Made by a program: the position numbers and the translations under genes. Source: Sedimentisphaerales bacterium (lineage in GTDB: Bacteria > Planctomycetota > Phycisphaerae > Sedimentisphaerales > SM23-30). Taken from it: a stretch of 64,000 nucleotides of DNA. This document shows, one piece after another, positions 1 through 10,856 of the stretch (the stretch's first letter is position 1; each line of letters opens with the position of its first letter). The stretch spans positions 1 to 64,000 of the forward strand of contig CAXXFK010000033.1 in NCBI GenBank assembly GCA_963663965.2. Reading direction: 5' to 3'. A model generated the notes under the pieces. It made no database searches, was not told the origin of the DNA, and saw only the letters and a program-made list of their open reading frames with translations.

Positions 1-79
1 TTTTCAAATTGTAAGCAGTATAGAAAATTAAAGGGGCCCGCGAAAAATTGCTTGAGAGGCGCCCTTAAATGATAAAAAG

Positions 80-118
80 AAAAAACCTCCGGCGATGTTG
101 CCGGAGGTTTTTATTTTT
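80..118. terminator. Intrinsic terminator downstream of ppdK (A/T tracts on both sides)
   Basis: AAAAACCTCCGGCGA-TGT-TGCCGGAGGTTTTT hairpin ~25 bp past the ppdK stop. Confidence 0.8.
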
Positions 119-141
119 AATTTCAGTGTTTAAAACAACAC

Positions 142-2853
142 TTATTTGGTAATGGCAGCCTGAGCGGCAGCCAGACGCGCGATTGGCACGCGGAAGGGTG
201 AGCAGGAAACGTAATTGAGACCCACTTTGTGGCAGAACACCACGCTGTCGGGATCGCCGCCATGCTCGCCGCAAATACCGCATTTGAGGTCTTTGCGAAC
301 GCCGCGGCCGAGGGTGACGGCCATTTCCATCAGTTTGCCGATACCCACGGTATCGAGAGACTGGAACGGATCTTTTTCATAGATGCCTTTGGCCACATAG
401 TCACCCAGGAATTTACCGGCGTCGTCACGGCTGAAGCCCATACCCATCTGGGTCAGGTCGTTGGTGCCAAAGCTGAAGAATTCGGCTTCAGCGGCCACTT
501 CGTCGGCGGTCAGCGCGGCGCGCGGTACTTCGATCATGGTGCCCACCATGAAGCTGATTTTGGTTTTCTTTTCTTTGAAGACCTGGGCGATTTCGGCCAT
601 CACTTCCTGCTTGACCAGGGTCAGTTCTTTGACATGGCCGATCAACGGAATCATAATTTCGGGCAGGACCTTCTTGCCGCCTTTTTTGCCGACATTGATA
701 GCGGCTTCGATAATGGCGCGGGCCTGCATCCGGGCGATTTCCGGATAGGTAATGCTCAAGCGGCAACCGCGGTGGCCGAGCATCGGGTTGAACTCGTGCA
801 GATCTTCCACCATGGCTTTGACCTTGGCGGGGCTGACTTTGAGGCGTTTAGCCATTTCAGCCTGACTCTTGGCGTCCTGGGGCAGGAACTCGTGCAACGG
901 GGGATCCAGCAGACGGATGGTTACCGGCAGGCCGGCCATGGCCTTGAAAATGCCTTCGAAGTCACGACGCTGATAGGGCAACAGCTGCTTGAGGGCGCCT
1001 TCGAACTTGGCTTTGGGTTCTTTGAACGCGGCCTGCAGTTTGGCCAGTTCGGCCTTGTCTTCGCACGCGGCAATCTGCTCTTTCAATGCTTTGTAATCTT
1101 CGGCAGACAGAATCATCTGGCGTACGGGCCAGATGCGGTCGCCTTCGAAGAACATATGCTCGGTACGGCACAGGCCGATCCCTTCGGCGCCGAATTCACG
1201 GGCGCGTTTGGAGTCCTGCGGGGTGTCGGCGTTGGTGCGAACGGCCAGTTTGCGGAATTCATCGGCCCATTTCATCAGTTTGCCGAAATCGCCGCTCAGT
1301 TTGGGTTCGACGGTTTCGACCGCGCCCAGCATGACTTCGCCGGTCGAACCATTCAAACTGATGAAATCACCCTGCTTGATGGTTTTCTTGCCGATTTTCA
1401 TGGACTTGGTTTTGTAGTTGATTTCGAGATCACTGGCGCCGGCCACGCAGCAGCGGCCCATACCGCGGGCTACCACGGCGGCGTGCGAGGTCATACCGCC
1501 GCGCTGGGTCAGAATACCCTTGGCCGCGTCCATACCGCCGATATCCTCGGGGCTGGTTTCGATCCGGCACAGGATAACGGTTTTGCCTTTGGCTTTCCAG
1601 GCTTCGGCGTCATCGGCTGAGAAGACTGCCTGGCCCACGGCCGCTCCGGGAGAGGCCGGCAGACCTTTGCAAAGAACTTCCTTCTTGGCGCCGGGCTTGA
1701 AACTGGGGTGCAGCAGCTGATCGAGCTGGCCGGGAGCAATCCGCATGACGGCGGTTTTGTGATCGATCATTTTTTCCTGGACCATATCGCACGCGATCTT
1801 GAGCGCGGCGGCCGCGGTCCGTTTGCCGCTACGGGTTTGCAGAATGAACAGCTTGTTCTGCTGAATGGTGAATTCGATATCCTGCATGTCCTTGTAGTGG
1901 TTTTCCAGACGGGTCATGGTGCCGGTCAGCTCTTTGTACAGGTTGGCGCTGACTTTTTTCAGCCCGATCATGGGCAGCGGGGTACGGATACCGGCGACCA
2001 CGTCTTCGCCCTGGGCGTTCATCAGGAATTCGCCATAGAATTCTTTCTTGCCGGTGCTGGGGTTACGGGTGAAGCACACGCCGGTGCCGCAATCGTCGCC
2101 CATGTTGCCGAAGACCATCGCCTGGACATTCACGGCGGTGCCCAGCAGGCCGCGGATTTCATTCAATTCGCGGTATTTGATGGCGCGCGGCGAGTTCCAG
2201 CTGCCGAATACCGCGTTAATGGCGGCGTAAAGCTGCTGGACGGGATCCTGCGGGAAGGGTTTGCCGATTTCTTTTTTGTACAGACCTTTGAACGCTTCGA
2301 CCAGTTCCTTGAGTTGATCGGCGGTCAGATCGTTGTCGGTTTTGGCTTTGTATTTCTTTTTCAGCTTGTCGTGGACTTCTTCGAAATGGTCATGGTGACA
2401 GCCCATGACGACATCGCTGAACATGTCGATAAACCGGCGGTAGGAATCATAGACCCAGCGGGGATTGCCGCTTTTGGCGATCAGGCCTTCAACGACTTTG
2501 TCGTTCATACCCAGGTTCAGCACGGTGTCCATCATACCGGGCATGGAGGCGGCGGCGCCGGAACGAACCGATACCAGCAGGGGTTTGTCCGGATCGCCGA
2601 ATTTGCAATCCATGGCGGCTTCCAGCTTGGCCAGGTTTTCTTTCACTTGTTTTTCCAGACCGGTGGGCCATTTGCTGCCGGATTTGTAATAGGCATCACA
2701 GGTTTCGGTGGTGATGGTGAAACCAGCGGGAACGGGAATTCCGATGCTGGTCATTTCCGCCAGGTTGGCGCCTTTGCCGCCCAGCAGTTCTTTCATCTTT
2801 GCGTTACCTTCGGCTTTACCTTTGCCGAAGAAATAGACCATTTTGTTACTCAT
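142..2853 (-). CDS. ppdK: Pyruvate, phosphate dikinase
   Basis: 903 aa; LLGGKGANLAEM, SVRSGA..SMPGMMDT, GGMTSHAAVVAR (phospho-His), GIGLCRTEHMF, CGEHGGDP. Confidence 0.98.
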   Translation of the reverse strand: MSNKMVYFFGKGKAEGNAKMKELLGGKGANLAEMTSIGIPVPAGFTITTETCDAYYKSGSKWPTGLEKQVKENLAKLEAAMDCKFGDPDKPLLVSVRSGAAASMPGMMDTVLNLGMNDKVVEGLIAKSGNPRWVYDSYRRFIDMFSDVVMGCHHDHFEEVHDKLKKKYKAKTDNDLTADQLKELVEAFKGLYKKEIGKPFPQDPVQQLYAAINAVFGSWNSPRAIKYRELNEIRGLLGTAVNVQAMVFGNMGDDCGTGVCFTRNPSTGKKEFYGEFLMNAQGEDVVAGIRTPLPMIGLKKVSANLYKELTGTMTRLENHYKDMQDIEFTIQQNKLFILQTRSGKRTAAAALKIACDMVQEKMIDHKTAVMRIAPGQLDQLLHPSFKPGAKKEVLCKGLPASPGAAVGQAVFSADDAEAWKAKGKTVILCRIETSPEDIGGMDAAKGILTQRGGMTSHAAVVARGMGRCCVAGASDLEINYKTKSMKIGKKTIKQGDFISLNGSTGEVMLGAVETVEPKLSGDFGKLMKWADEFRKLAVRTNADTPQDSKRAREFGAEGIGLCRTEHMFFEGDRIWPVRQMILSAEDYKALKEQIAACEDKAELAKLQAAFKEPKAKFEGALKQLLPYQRRDFEGIFKAMAGLPVTIRLLDPPLHEFLPQDAKSQAEMAKRLKVSPAKVKAMVEDLHEFNPMLGHRGCRLSITYPEIARMQARAIIEAAINVGKKGGKKVLPEIMIPLIGHVKELTLVKQEVMAEIAQVFKEKKTKISFMVGTMIEVPRAALTADEVAAEAEFFSFGTNDLTQMGMGFSRDDAGKFLGDYVAKGIYEKDPFQSLDTVGIGKLMEMAVTLGRGVRKDLKCGICGEHGGDPDSVVFCHKVGLNYVSCSPFRVPIARLAAAQAAITK

Positions 2854-3060
2854 GTTCAGGCTCTCCTTGAAAATTAAATATCCTGATTAAGTCTCTCGTA
2901 AATTAACGTTGTATTTGGCATGAGGCATGCTTAAATAAGGTGTATAGTAAAGCGACATTTCCCATGCCTGTCAATGTAAATCGGCGAATTTTGGGCAAAA
3001 AACCATTATTTTTTGCATATTTCGCCATGTCGGCAGAATGTGAAAATTGGGCCGGATCCG

Positions 3061-5502
3061 CTATTCTTCTGAGGTTTCCGGCTGGCAGTTTTTGTCGTAG
3101 GGATTGCCGCAGTCGAGCCATTCGGTTAAGAGGCATGCCAGGTCTGAAAGATCGATTTTACAATCGTAATTCAGATCATACTGCAACAGGCAGCGATAGA
3201 TGATGAAGGGCTGCGGGCAGACAGCGTAGAAAATATCGGGACTGGTATAGCTGCTGACCCGCACCAGGCAGGATTCGGTCTCGATATCGGGAACCCGCCA
3301 ATCATAGCTGCCAGTATTGGAAACCGCGTTGGGATCGATTTTCTGCCAGGTTCCTCCGGTATCGGATGAAAACTCCAGATACAGTCTGGGAATATGGGTT
3401 TGCCAGGTAATCGGGAATATTCCTCCGGCAACAATTTTTTCAGAACCGTTAGGATCGATTAACTCAATCCCCGGTTCTGCGAGTGCCAGGGTATAGTCTG
3501 CTCCGGCGCTGACGGCCAGAAAGTGGGTGTCATCAGGAGCATTCAATTCGCCATGAAGATTGTTCCCACCCCAACATACAATTCTGCCATCTCGAGCCAA
3601 GGCTGCGGCATGAAGTTCATTGGCGGAGATCTGGATATAGTTGGGATCCGTGGGTTTATTGGACGGAGCAGCGGTCCCCCATTGGATAATTTCTCCCGTT
3701 TCCAATAGTCCGATTCCATACTGTTTGCCGCCATCGACCTGAATAAATTTATAATCCGGATGTTCCTGCTGAATTGTATCTATACCAGACGTTTGATTTT
3801 CATCATTTTTTCCCCACGCGGTAATTTTGCCTGTATCGGCGTGAATTGCCATGGCAAATTTGTAACCTGCTCCGATGGCTTTATAGGGACCATCAACAGG
3901 TTTTTTAGTAACTTGTTCATTGCTATTGGAACCCCAGGCTATCAGTGTCCCATCCTGGCGCAGGGCCAGACTGAAATAATCGCCGGCAGCAATGGCTTTA
4001 AAGTTTTCATTAGGATTAGGCAGATCCGTTTGTTTTTGAGTATTTTTTCCCCAGGCAGCGATAGAGCCGTTTTGGTGTAAAGCCAGGCTGTGAAAACCGC
4101 CTGCGGCAATGGCGATAAAATCATTGCCTTCGGGCGTATCGTCGATGACATGGGTAGAGTCGCTGTCTTCATCATCGAACGTCCCCCAACTGATCAATGA
4201 GCCATCCGCACGGAGGGCCAGATTGTGTTTAAAACCGGAAGATATGGCTACGATATCGTCCAGTTCGGGGACATCGATCTGTTTATAGGCATTGCTGCCC
4301 CAGCCGATCGGTATGCCGGAACCGAATATGCGGAAGGGAGAGTCGCATAAATCGAACACCTCTGGATTATCGGCGGCGCTGATCCTGATCAGGCATTCTT
4401 CTGACAGGGTTTGTGGAATAATCCATTCGAAAGTGTCATTGCCGCCAGAATCGGTGATTTCGGTCCAGGTCTGGCCGTTATCGGTGGAGTATTCGATGCG
4501 GATTACATAGTCGTCCCAGGCTTCCCATTCGATATTGATCCGTTCATTACCGCGAAAGCTTTCGCCGCCATTGGGGTAGAGTAATTTCATTCTCGGGTCG
4601 AGAATCCCCACGCAATGGTAACCGCCGGCGGCGACCTGGATGAAATCGGTATCGTCGGGAGTTTCTTCTCCATCGGTTGTTATGTCATTGCCCCAGACAT
4701 CCACGCCATAATCGTCGCGCAGGGCGATATTATGCAGGCTGCCGGCGGAGATGGCCAGGTAAGTATTAGAGGCGATCGGTTCAGGCACGACGCCCTGGCC
4801 GTGAGAATTAAGGCCCCAGGCGACAACGGAGCCATCTTTTTTTAACGCCAGACTGTGATATTCTCCGCAGGCCACCTGGATGACTTGTTTGTCGAGCCCG
4901 GCGGGAATGGTCGCCTGTAAAAAGGCATTCCAACCCCAACCGGCCAGATTGCCATCTGTTTTAATGCCGATATTGTGTTTCCCACCGGCGGCGGCGGCCA
5001 GAAATGTCGTATCGCTAGGAATGATAATCTGGCCTTCATCATTATTACCCCAGCCTTTCAGGCTTTTGTCATCCCGCAATACCAGGTTGTGGTTGGCGCC
5101 ACAGACCACATCAACAATAGCATTACAATCTTCACAGGTCGGGACATCGATCTGTTGAAAATGATTGCGGCCCCAGGCCATAATCGTGCCATCGGCTTTC
5201 CAGGCCACGCTGTGAAATTCACCGCACGCCACACCGACAAAATCGGAAGTGGTGGGGGTGTTGGTCACCTGTTTATAAGTATCATCGCCCCAACTGACCA
5301 GTTTGCCCGTGTCTTTGAGGGCCAGGTTGTGATATTTACCGGCCGCGACGGCGATGTAGTTTTTTCCGGAAGGCACTTCGGTCTGATGGGCCGAATTGCT
5401 GCCCCAGGCGATTAATTCGCCCGATTGAGCTGCTCTGGCAGTGATTAGTAAAAGGAAAATCGAGATAATCACCCGTCGGACTGAAAAGCCTGAACGCTCC
5501 AT
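3061..5502 (-). CDS. Secreted RCC1/BLIP-II-type beta-propeller repeat protein with Ig-like spacers and a C-terminal dockerin-like tag
   Basis: Many AIAAG.xHxLAL.xDGxxxAWGxN repeats in two blocks; two PNGGE/PNGSE...W Ig-like segments; C-terminal DLNYDCKIDLSDL..W; start moved to ATG 5502 (AGAGGA RBS, signal peptide). Confidence 0.85.
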   Translation of the reverse strand: MERSGFSVRRVIISIFLLLITARAAQSGELIAWGSNSAHQTEVPSGKNYIAVAAGKYHNLALKDTGKLVSWGDDTYKQVTNTPTTSDFVGVACGEFHSVAWKADGTIMAWGRNHFQQIDVPTCEDCNAIVDVVCGANHNLVLRDDKSLKGWGNNDEGQIIIPSDTTFLAAAAGGKHNIGIKTDGNLAGWGWNAFLQATIPAGLDKQVIQVACGEYHSLALKKDGSVVAWGLNSHGQGVVPEPIASNTYLAISAGSLHNIALRDDYGVDVWGNDITTDGEETPDDTDFIQVAAGGYHCVGILDPRMKLLYPNGGESFRGNERINIEWEAWDDYVIRIEYSTDNGQTWTEITDSGGNDTFEWIIPQTLSEECLIRISAADNPEVFDLCDSPFRIFGSGIPIGWGSNAYKQIDVPELDDIVAISSGFKHNLALRADGSLISWGTFDDEDSDSTHVIDDTPEGNDFIAIAAGGFHSLALHQNGSIAAWGKNTQKQTDLPNPNENFKAIAAGDYFSLALRQDGTLIAWGSNSNEQVTKKPVDGPYKAIGAGYKFAMAIHADTGKITAWGKNDENQTSGIDTIQQEHPDYKFIQVDGGKQYGIGLLETGEIIQWGTAAPSNKPTDPNYIQISANELHAAALARDGRIVCWGGNNLHGELNAPDDTHFLAVSAGADYTLALAEPGIELIDPNGSEKIVAGGIFPITWQTHIPRLYLEFSSDTGGTWQKIDPNAVSNTGSYDWRVPDIETESCLVRVSSYTSPDIFYAVCPQPFIIYRCLLQYDLNYDCKIDLSDLACLLTEWLDCGNPYDKNCQPETSEE

Positions 5503-5835
5503 CGTAGCATCCTCTTTTTGGTTTAGAGAGACAAAATCCGTTTTGCCAATTAAGTCGAATGGCATTTGGCCGCTTATGGAACGATATATTATCGGACGGT
5601 AACAGGTCTGTCCAGCAAAATCGATTGAAAACATTTAAAATAGTGTGATTTTGCCTGATTGGTTAGTAAGGCAAAAAATAGGTTGCTAATATGGCATTTT
5701 TACCATAAAATAAATGTTTCTATTCCCAAGGTAGAAAAATGGTGGCCAAAACCAAATAAACTACAATGGCAGTTGGCTGGCACGAACCGTCATCACCCCT
5801 GATAGTTATTCTAAGTTCAATATTATAAATAATTT

Positions 5836-6603
5836 ATGCTCGCAAAACGAATTATTCCCTGTCTGGATGTCGATAAAGGCCGCGTGGTTAAAGGCGTGAA
5901 ATTTTTTGATCATGTTGATGCCGGATCGGTAGCGGATTGTGCGGTTCGATATGAGCAACAGGGCGCGGATGAACTGGTGTTCTACGACATTACGGCATCT
6001 CATGAAGAACGGGAATTAACCCTGGATATCCTGAAAGAAGCCTCCGAGCGGGTTTTTATGCCGTTGACCGTGGGTGGGGGGATTCGTTCCATTGAAGATG
6101 TCCGGCTGATGCTGAATAACGGGGCGGATAAGGTCAGTATAAATTCTGCGGCAGTAACCAATCAGGCCCTGATCAAAGAGTCGGCCCTGAGGTTCGGCAG
6201 CCAGTGTATCATCCTGGCAATCGATGCCAACCGGGTCATGCGGGATGGAAAAGAGTTCTGGGAGGTTTATATCAACGGCGGTCGTAAACCCACTGGAATC
6301 GGAGTGATGGACTGGGTGCGGAAAGGGCAGGCGGACGGCGCCGGCGAGATTGTCTTGAATGTCATGAATGCCGATGGCACCAAAAAAGGCTATGACCTGG
6401 AGATGACCGCCGCGGTGGCTGATGAAGTGATGATACCTGTGGTCGCCAGCGGGGGGGCCGGAACCCTGGATGATATGTATGAAGTTCTTACTGCCGGTCG
6501 CGCTGAAGCCGCCCTGGCTGCCAGTATTTTTCATTTTGGCAATTATAGCATTGGTCAGGCAAAGGAATACTTGAAAAACCGCGGGATTCATGTCAGACTA
6601 TAA
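5836..6603 (+). CDS. hisF: Imidazole glycerol phosphate synthase cyclase subunit
   Basis: [44 protein letters not shown]. Confidence 0.97.
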   Translation: MLAKRIIPCLDVDKGRVVKGVKFFDHVDAGSVADCAVRYEQQGADELVFYDITASHEERELTLDILKEASERVFMPLTVGGGIRSIEDVRLMLNNGADKVSINSAAVTNQALIKESALRFGSQCIILAIDANRVMRDGKEFWEVYINGGRKPTGIGVMDWVRKGQADGAGEIVLNVMNADGTKKGYDLEMTAAVADEVMIPVVASGGAGTLDDMYEVLTAGRAEAALAASIFHFGNYSIGQAKEYLKNRGIHVRL

Positions 6604-6697
6604 CATTAAATAAATTAACACTTTGACTTGAAGAAATATGAAGTAAAATAACAAGCGCCTTAAAGGCATAATTTAAAGGTTTTCAAGGAGATAAATC

Positions 6698-7831
6698 GTG
6701 AAAGGCCAACCGATATCCAAAACCCTGGCCTCCGACAAAAAACCGGAGATAGACAAGTTTTTTAAAGCATTGATCCGGGTACAGGGATCCGACTTGCATA
6801 TGAAGGGTGATTGTATCCCTCGGATACGCCAAAAAGGCGCGCTCAAACCGACCAATACCGATCCCATTCCGGAGCAGATTCTGGAAAATATGGTCTTTGA
6901 AATCCTTTCCAAGGAACAAAAAGATTTCTTCATGAACAAGGGCGCCCTGGACTTTGCCTATGATTTTGGCGCGACGGACCGTTTTCGCGTGAACATTTTC
7001 CGTCAGCGCGGCAAGGTCTCGCTGGTCGCACGCCGCATTACCAGTCATATTCCCAAATTCGAAACGTTGAATCTGCCCGAAACAGTCACCAAGATTGCCA
7101 ATATTCACCAGGGTCTTATTCTGGTGACTGGTTCGACCGGTTCGGGTAAAAGTACGACGATCGCATCCATGCTCGATCACATTCTAAAAACCCGTTCCTG
7201 TCATGTCATCACAGTGGAAGACCCGATCGAATACGTTTTCACCGATGCCCTGGGCCAGGTTAATCAGCGTGAAGTAGGCATCGATGTTCCGACCTTTGAA
7301 GACGCGCTGCGCAGTATGATGCGTGAAGATCCGGATGTGATTCTGGTGGGTGAAATCCGCGACTTTTCCACCCTGGGCGCCGCGCTGAAGGCCGCCGAAA
7401 CCGGTCATCAGGTATTCGGAACGCTGCACTCGACCGACGCGTATCAGTCCATTGCCCGTATGCTGGACTTGAGTCCGGAGAATGAACGTCACATGGTGCG
7501 TCAGGCGCTGGTGGGCAATTTGCAGGCTTTGTTTGCGCAGCGTTTGATTCCAACCATCCGTAAGGATATCCCGCGGGTGCCGGCGGTCGAAATTCTGCTG
7601 GTGAACGCCTCGGCCCGTAAACTGATCGCCGAAGAACGCGAGGTTGAATTGCCCACGATCATCAAATCGTCTCATGCCGATGGTATGATCGATTTTAATG
7701 AATCGCTCAAGCAGTTTGTCGAACGTGAATTTATTGACCTGGCGACCGCTTATAAATTTTCTCCCAACCCGGAAGAGCTCAAGATGGTGATCAAGGGCAT
7801 CCGTTCGACGACCTCAGGTTTGATTGGCTAG
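6698..7831 (+). CDS. pilT: PilT/PilU family type IV pilus ATPase
   Basis: SDLH, RFRVNIF, Walker A GSTGSGKST, EDPIE, REDPDVILVGEIRD, AAETGH..TLH. Confidence 0.9.
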   Translation: MKGQPISKTLASDKKPEIDKFFKALIRVQGSDLHMKGDCIPRIRQKGALKPTNTDPIPEQILENMVFEILSKEQKDFFMNKGALDFAYDFGATDRFRVNIFRQRGKVSLVARRITSHIPKFETLNLPETVTKIANIHQGLILVTGSTGSGKSTTIASMLDHILKTRSCHVITVEDPIEYVFTDALGQVNQREVGIDVPTFEDALRSMMREDPDVILVGEIRDFSTLGAALKAAETGHQVFGTLHSTDAYQSIARMLDLSPENERHMVRQALVGNLQALFAQRLIPTIRKDIPRVPAVEILLVNASARKLIAEEREVELPTIIKSSHADGMIDFNESLKQFVEREFIDLATAYKFSPNPEELKMVIKGIRSTTSGLIG

Positions 7832-7967
7832 TTTGGCTGCCCGCGGTTTACGCCCCCTTGGAGCGGTAATGCCATACTGCTGAACCGGCATGCTTAAACC
7901 GGCCCGCTCTGACCGTCAATCCCAACAGGAAAGATATAGTTTTTAACTTTTATTTTCGGAGAGTTCG

Positions 7968-9617
7968 ATGTTGCACGACATACTTGCCCAGTCCATACCG
8001 CTTGGCGGCTACATAGCCATCTGGAAAGTAATCGTATTTGTGGTCTTGTTCTGTTTCTGGGCATGGATTGGTCAATGGATCGATAAAGACGCCCCGGCAG
8101 TCGGATCGCGCCGTGAATTCTGGAATAATGTCTACCTGTTCAGCGCGTCGGCCTGTTTTATCCTGGCCTTTTTCCTGCCGGCGATCTACCTGGTTCAGTT
8201 ATCCATGTTCCTGGTGGTCTGGCTGACGGTGATCATCGTGTATATCATGCATCGCAACTCCCGGGTGGAACCCAATCAAACGATTCTCACCGGCGATCAT
8301 ATCAAATGGCTGTTGTCGTTTCAAAGCCGCCGCGAGCGCAACAAGCCCCGCCGGCTGGTGTTCATTTCCGTCAACGGTAACGAATTGCCCCTGCCGGAGA
8401 AATTCGACCGGGAATACGACGGGTACCTGATGAGTGAAGAATTGCTGCATGATCTCTGGTTCCGCCGGGTCAGTCATGCGGTGCTGGCGCCGGGGCGGGA
8501 AGGTTATCAGTTGCGCATTGTGATCGACGGGATGCCCTTGATCGCGGAAACCTATGAACCGGAGCAAGCGCAGTCTGTGATCCAGTATCTCAAGGCTGTG
8601 GCGGGGTTGGATGTGGAAGACAAACGCCGCCCGCAAAAGGGAAGCTTTTTCACGATTCGTACCGGCGATGATAATACCGGCTGGCGGATTCAGACCTCCG
8701 GCAGCACCCGGGGCGAGCAGGTCATCCTGGACCGTATCGTCGAATCGCATATCAAGGCCATTGACTCACTGGGTATGCATCCCGATCAGGTCGAGCAGAT
8801 TCAAAATGTGATTAAAATGCCCAAAGGGATTATGGTTATTACCGGCATGAAAGGTTCAGGAGTGTCCACCACCCTGTATTCGATCATTCGCCGGCATGAC
8901 GCCTTTGTCCAGAATATTCATACTTTCGAAATGGAATCCCTGACCGAACTGGATAACATTACGCAGCATTTTGTCAAGAAAGATCCCGGCGGTCCGACGC
9001 ATACCCGTCAGTTGCAATCGGTTTTGCATACCGACCCGAATATCATTATGGTAGGTTTTCTGGATGAACCGGAAATGGCCGCGCTGGCAACCCAGATGTC
9101 CTATCGTGACAAACGGAAATTCTTTATCGGCATGGAAGCGCCCAATGTCTTTGAAGCATTGAAAAAATGGCTGTCCATGGTCAAAGACAATAAGCGGGTG
9201 GCCGGTACCCTGACTGGCTTTACCAATCAGAAGCTGTTACGCAAAATCTGCCTGGAATGCCGCGAGGGGTATTCGCCGGACACCAATCTGTTGAAGAAAT
9301 TGAACCTGCCGGCAGGTAAGATCAAACAGTTCTATCGTCCGCCGTCAGAAACCCTCTATGACAAAAAGGGCAACCCGATTCTGTGCGAAAATTGTCAGGG
9401 CACCGGTTATTTTGGCCAGACGGCCGTTTACGAAACCCTGATCATCTCTGATGAAATGCGTCAGTTAATCGCCGATGGGGCCAACTGGGAGAGTATCATG
9501 ACCCAATGCCGTAAGGAAAAGGTGCTCTATTTACAGGAGCAGGCCTTGCGTAAAGTGATCGAGGGCACTACCAGTATTCAGGAAGTCATTCGCATTACCA
9601 GTGAAAAGAAACAATAA
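7968..9617 (+). CDS. Membrane-anchored GspE/PilB-like protein with degenerate ATPase motifs
   Basis: N-terminal hydrophobic helices; RRPQKG; Walker A-like GMKGSGVSTT; zinc motif CLEC...CENC; C-terminal GTTSIQEVIR. Confidence 0.8.
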   Translation: MLHDILAQSIPLGGYIAIWKVIVFVVLFCFWAWIGQWIDKDAPAVGSRREFWNNVYLFSASACFILAFFLPAIYLVQLSMFLVVWLTVIIVYIMHRNSRVEPNQTILTGDHIKWLLSFQSRRERNKPRRLVFISVNGNELPLPEKFDREYDGYLMSEELLHDLWFRRVSHAVLAPGREGYQLRIVIDGMPLIAETYEPEQAQSVIQYLKAVAGLDVEDKRRPQKGSFFTIRTGDDNTGWRIQTSGSTRGEQVILDRIVESHIKAIDSLGMHPDQVEQIQNVIKMPKGIMVITGMKGSGVSTTLYSIIRRHDAFVQNIHTFEMESLTELDNITQHFVKKDPGGPTHTRQLQSVLHTDPNIIMVGFLDEPEMAALATQMSYRDKRKFFIGMEAPNVFEALKKWLSMVKDNKRVAGTLTGFTNQKLLRKICLECREGYSPDTNLLKKLNLPAGKIKQFYRPPSETLYDKKGNPILCENCQGTGYFGQTAVYETLIISDEMRQLIADGANWESIMTQCRKEKVLYLQEQALRKVIEGTTSIQEVIRITSEKKQ

Positions 9618-9669
9618 TTTCGGAATTCTTACTCCTTAACGAAACGAATATCCCGATACGGAGTTTAAT

Positions 9670-10743
9670 ATGTTAGCTATTCTGATTTTGATAGTCATTA
9701 CCGGCCTGTTGGTTTATTATATGGTGTTTACCCAGGGGTTGTTCAGTTGCCTGATCATGTCGGTGCTGTGTGTGACCTCCGCCGTGGTCGCGTTGAATTA
9801 TTATGAACCGCTGGCCGCCATCCTGATCAAATGGGGACTGTCCACCTTTGGTCCCAAGACCGGTTCGTTACTGGTGCTCTTTTCACTGACCTTGTATGTG
9901 CTGCGAGAAATCACCGACCGGTTTATCCGCGGTAATATGAAGTTTCCCACCTGGATCGACCGGAGCGGCAGTTTCTTTTTTGCCACGATCTCCTCGCTGA
10001 CGATCGTCGGCATGGTGTCGCTGGGTATCCAGATGCTGCCGGTGAAAGCGGTGGTTATGGGTTTTGACCGGTGTCCGGACCTGAACAATCCCGACAACGA
10101 TAAGAGCCTTTATCCCAGGGCCGATGAATTTATTCTGGGTATTTTCAGCCATTCCAGCTTATATACATTTAACGGCAAGAATTCTTTTAAACAGATTCAT
10201 CCCGATTTCCTGCGGGAACTTTATATCAACCGGGTCACTCCCACGGACCACGAAGGCTCGCGCAACGAGGCGGCTTCCGATGCCCTGGAGATCTCAAAAG
10301 AGAACCTGGAGGTGCTGAAAGTGCCGGTGGTGGATAGCGCCGGACAAAAGGTGGATGTCAGTCCCGATGAGATTCTTCTGATGATCCCGGTGACGGTACG
10401 GGCCGGAGCCAATGACAACGAAGATCGCGGCGCGGCCGATGTGGACCGGGCGATCCGGTTTGCCCTGGCCGATTTTCGCATGATTGGCTATCCGTCGGAT
10501 AATCGCAAGGCGCCCGGCATATCGAAATATCCGATCGGCGTCATCGATAAAAACGGCAACCGTGTGGATGCTCTGCCCTGGGAAACGGGCTATCATTTCA
10601 CCACCAGTCAGGCGAATATTAATGTGGTTTTCGCCTGGCCGCGTGACTTGAAGAAGAATCCTCCGGTATTTATCGAATTCAAACACACGGCCCGCGCCGA
10701 TATGCCTACAGTAAAAGATCTGGAAAAATTGATTGAGCCCTGA
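9670..10743 (+). CDS. CvpA-like membrane protein with a soluble C-terminal extension
   Basis: ~4 N-terminal TM segments with GLFS..LNYYEPLA and IDR.G pattern resembling the CvpA family. Confidence 0.55.
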   Translation: MLAILILIVITGLLVYYMVFTQGLFSCLIMSVLCVTSAVVALNYYEPLAAILIKWGLSTFGPKTGSLLVLFSLTLYVLREITDRFIRGNMKFPTWIDRSGSFFFATISSLTIVGMVSLGIQMLPVKAVVMGFDRCPDLNNPDNDKSLYPRADEFILGIFSHSSLYTFNGKNSFKQIHPDFLRELYINRVTPTDHEGSRNEAASDALEISKENLEVLKVPVVDSAGQKVDVSPDEILLMIPVTVRAGANDNEDRGAADVDRAIRFALADFRMIGYPSDNRKAPGISKYPIGVIDKNGNRVDALPWETGYHFTTSQANINVVFAWPRDLKKNPPVFIEFKHTARADMPTVKDLEKLIEP

Positions 10744-10856
10744 TCCGGTTTCACGGCCCGGCATCGCTGGCGTTGAAACGGATGGAGCGCTGTTGCGTTA
10801 ATGGATACCAGGGCCGGTAACCACCGGCTTTATGATTTTTATGTTGCGAACCGGGG

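Noticed and set aside
229..2877. Long + strand ORFs (463 and 389 aa) opposite ppdK
   Set aside because: Antisense shadows of a codon-biased gene; no recognisable motifs.
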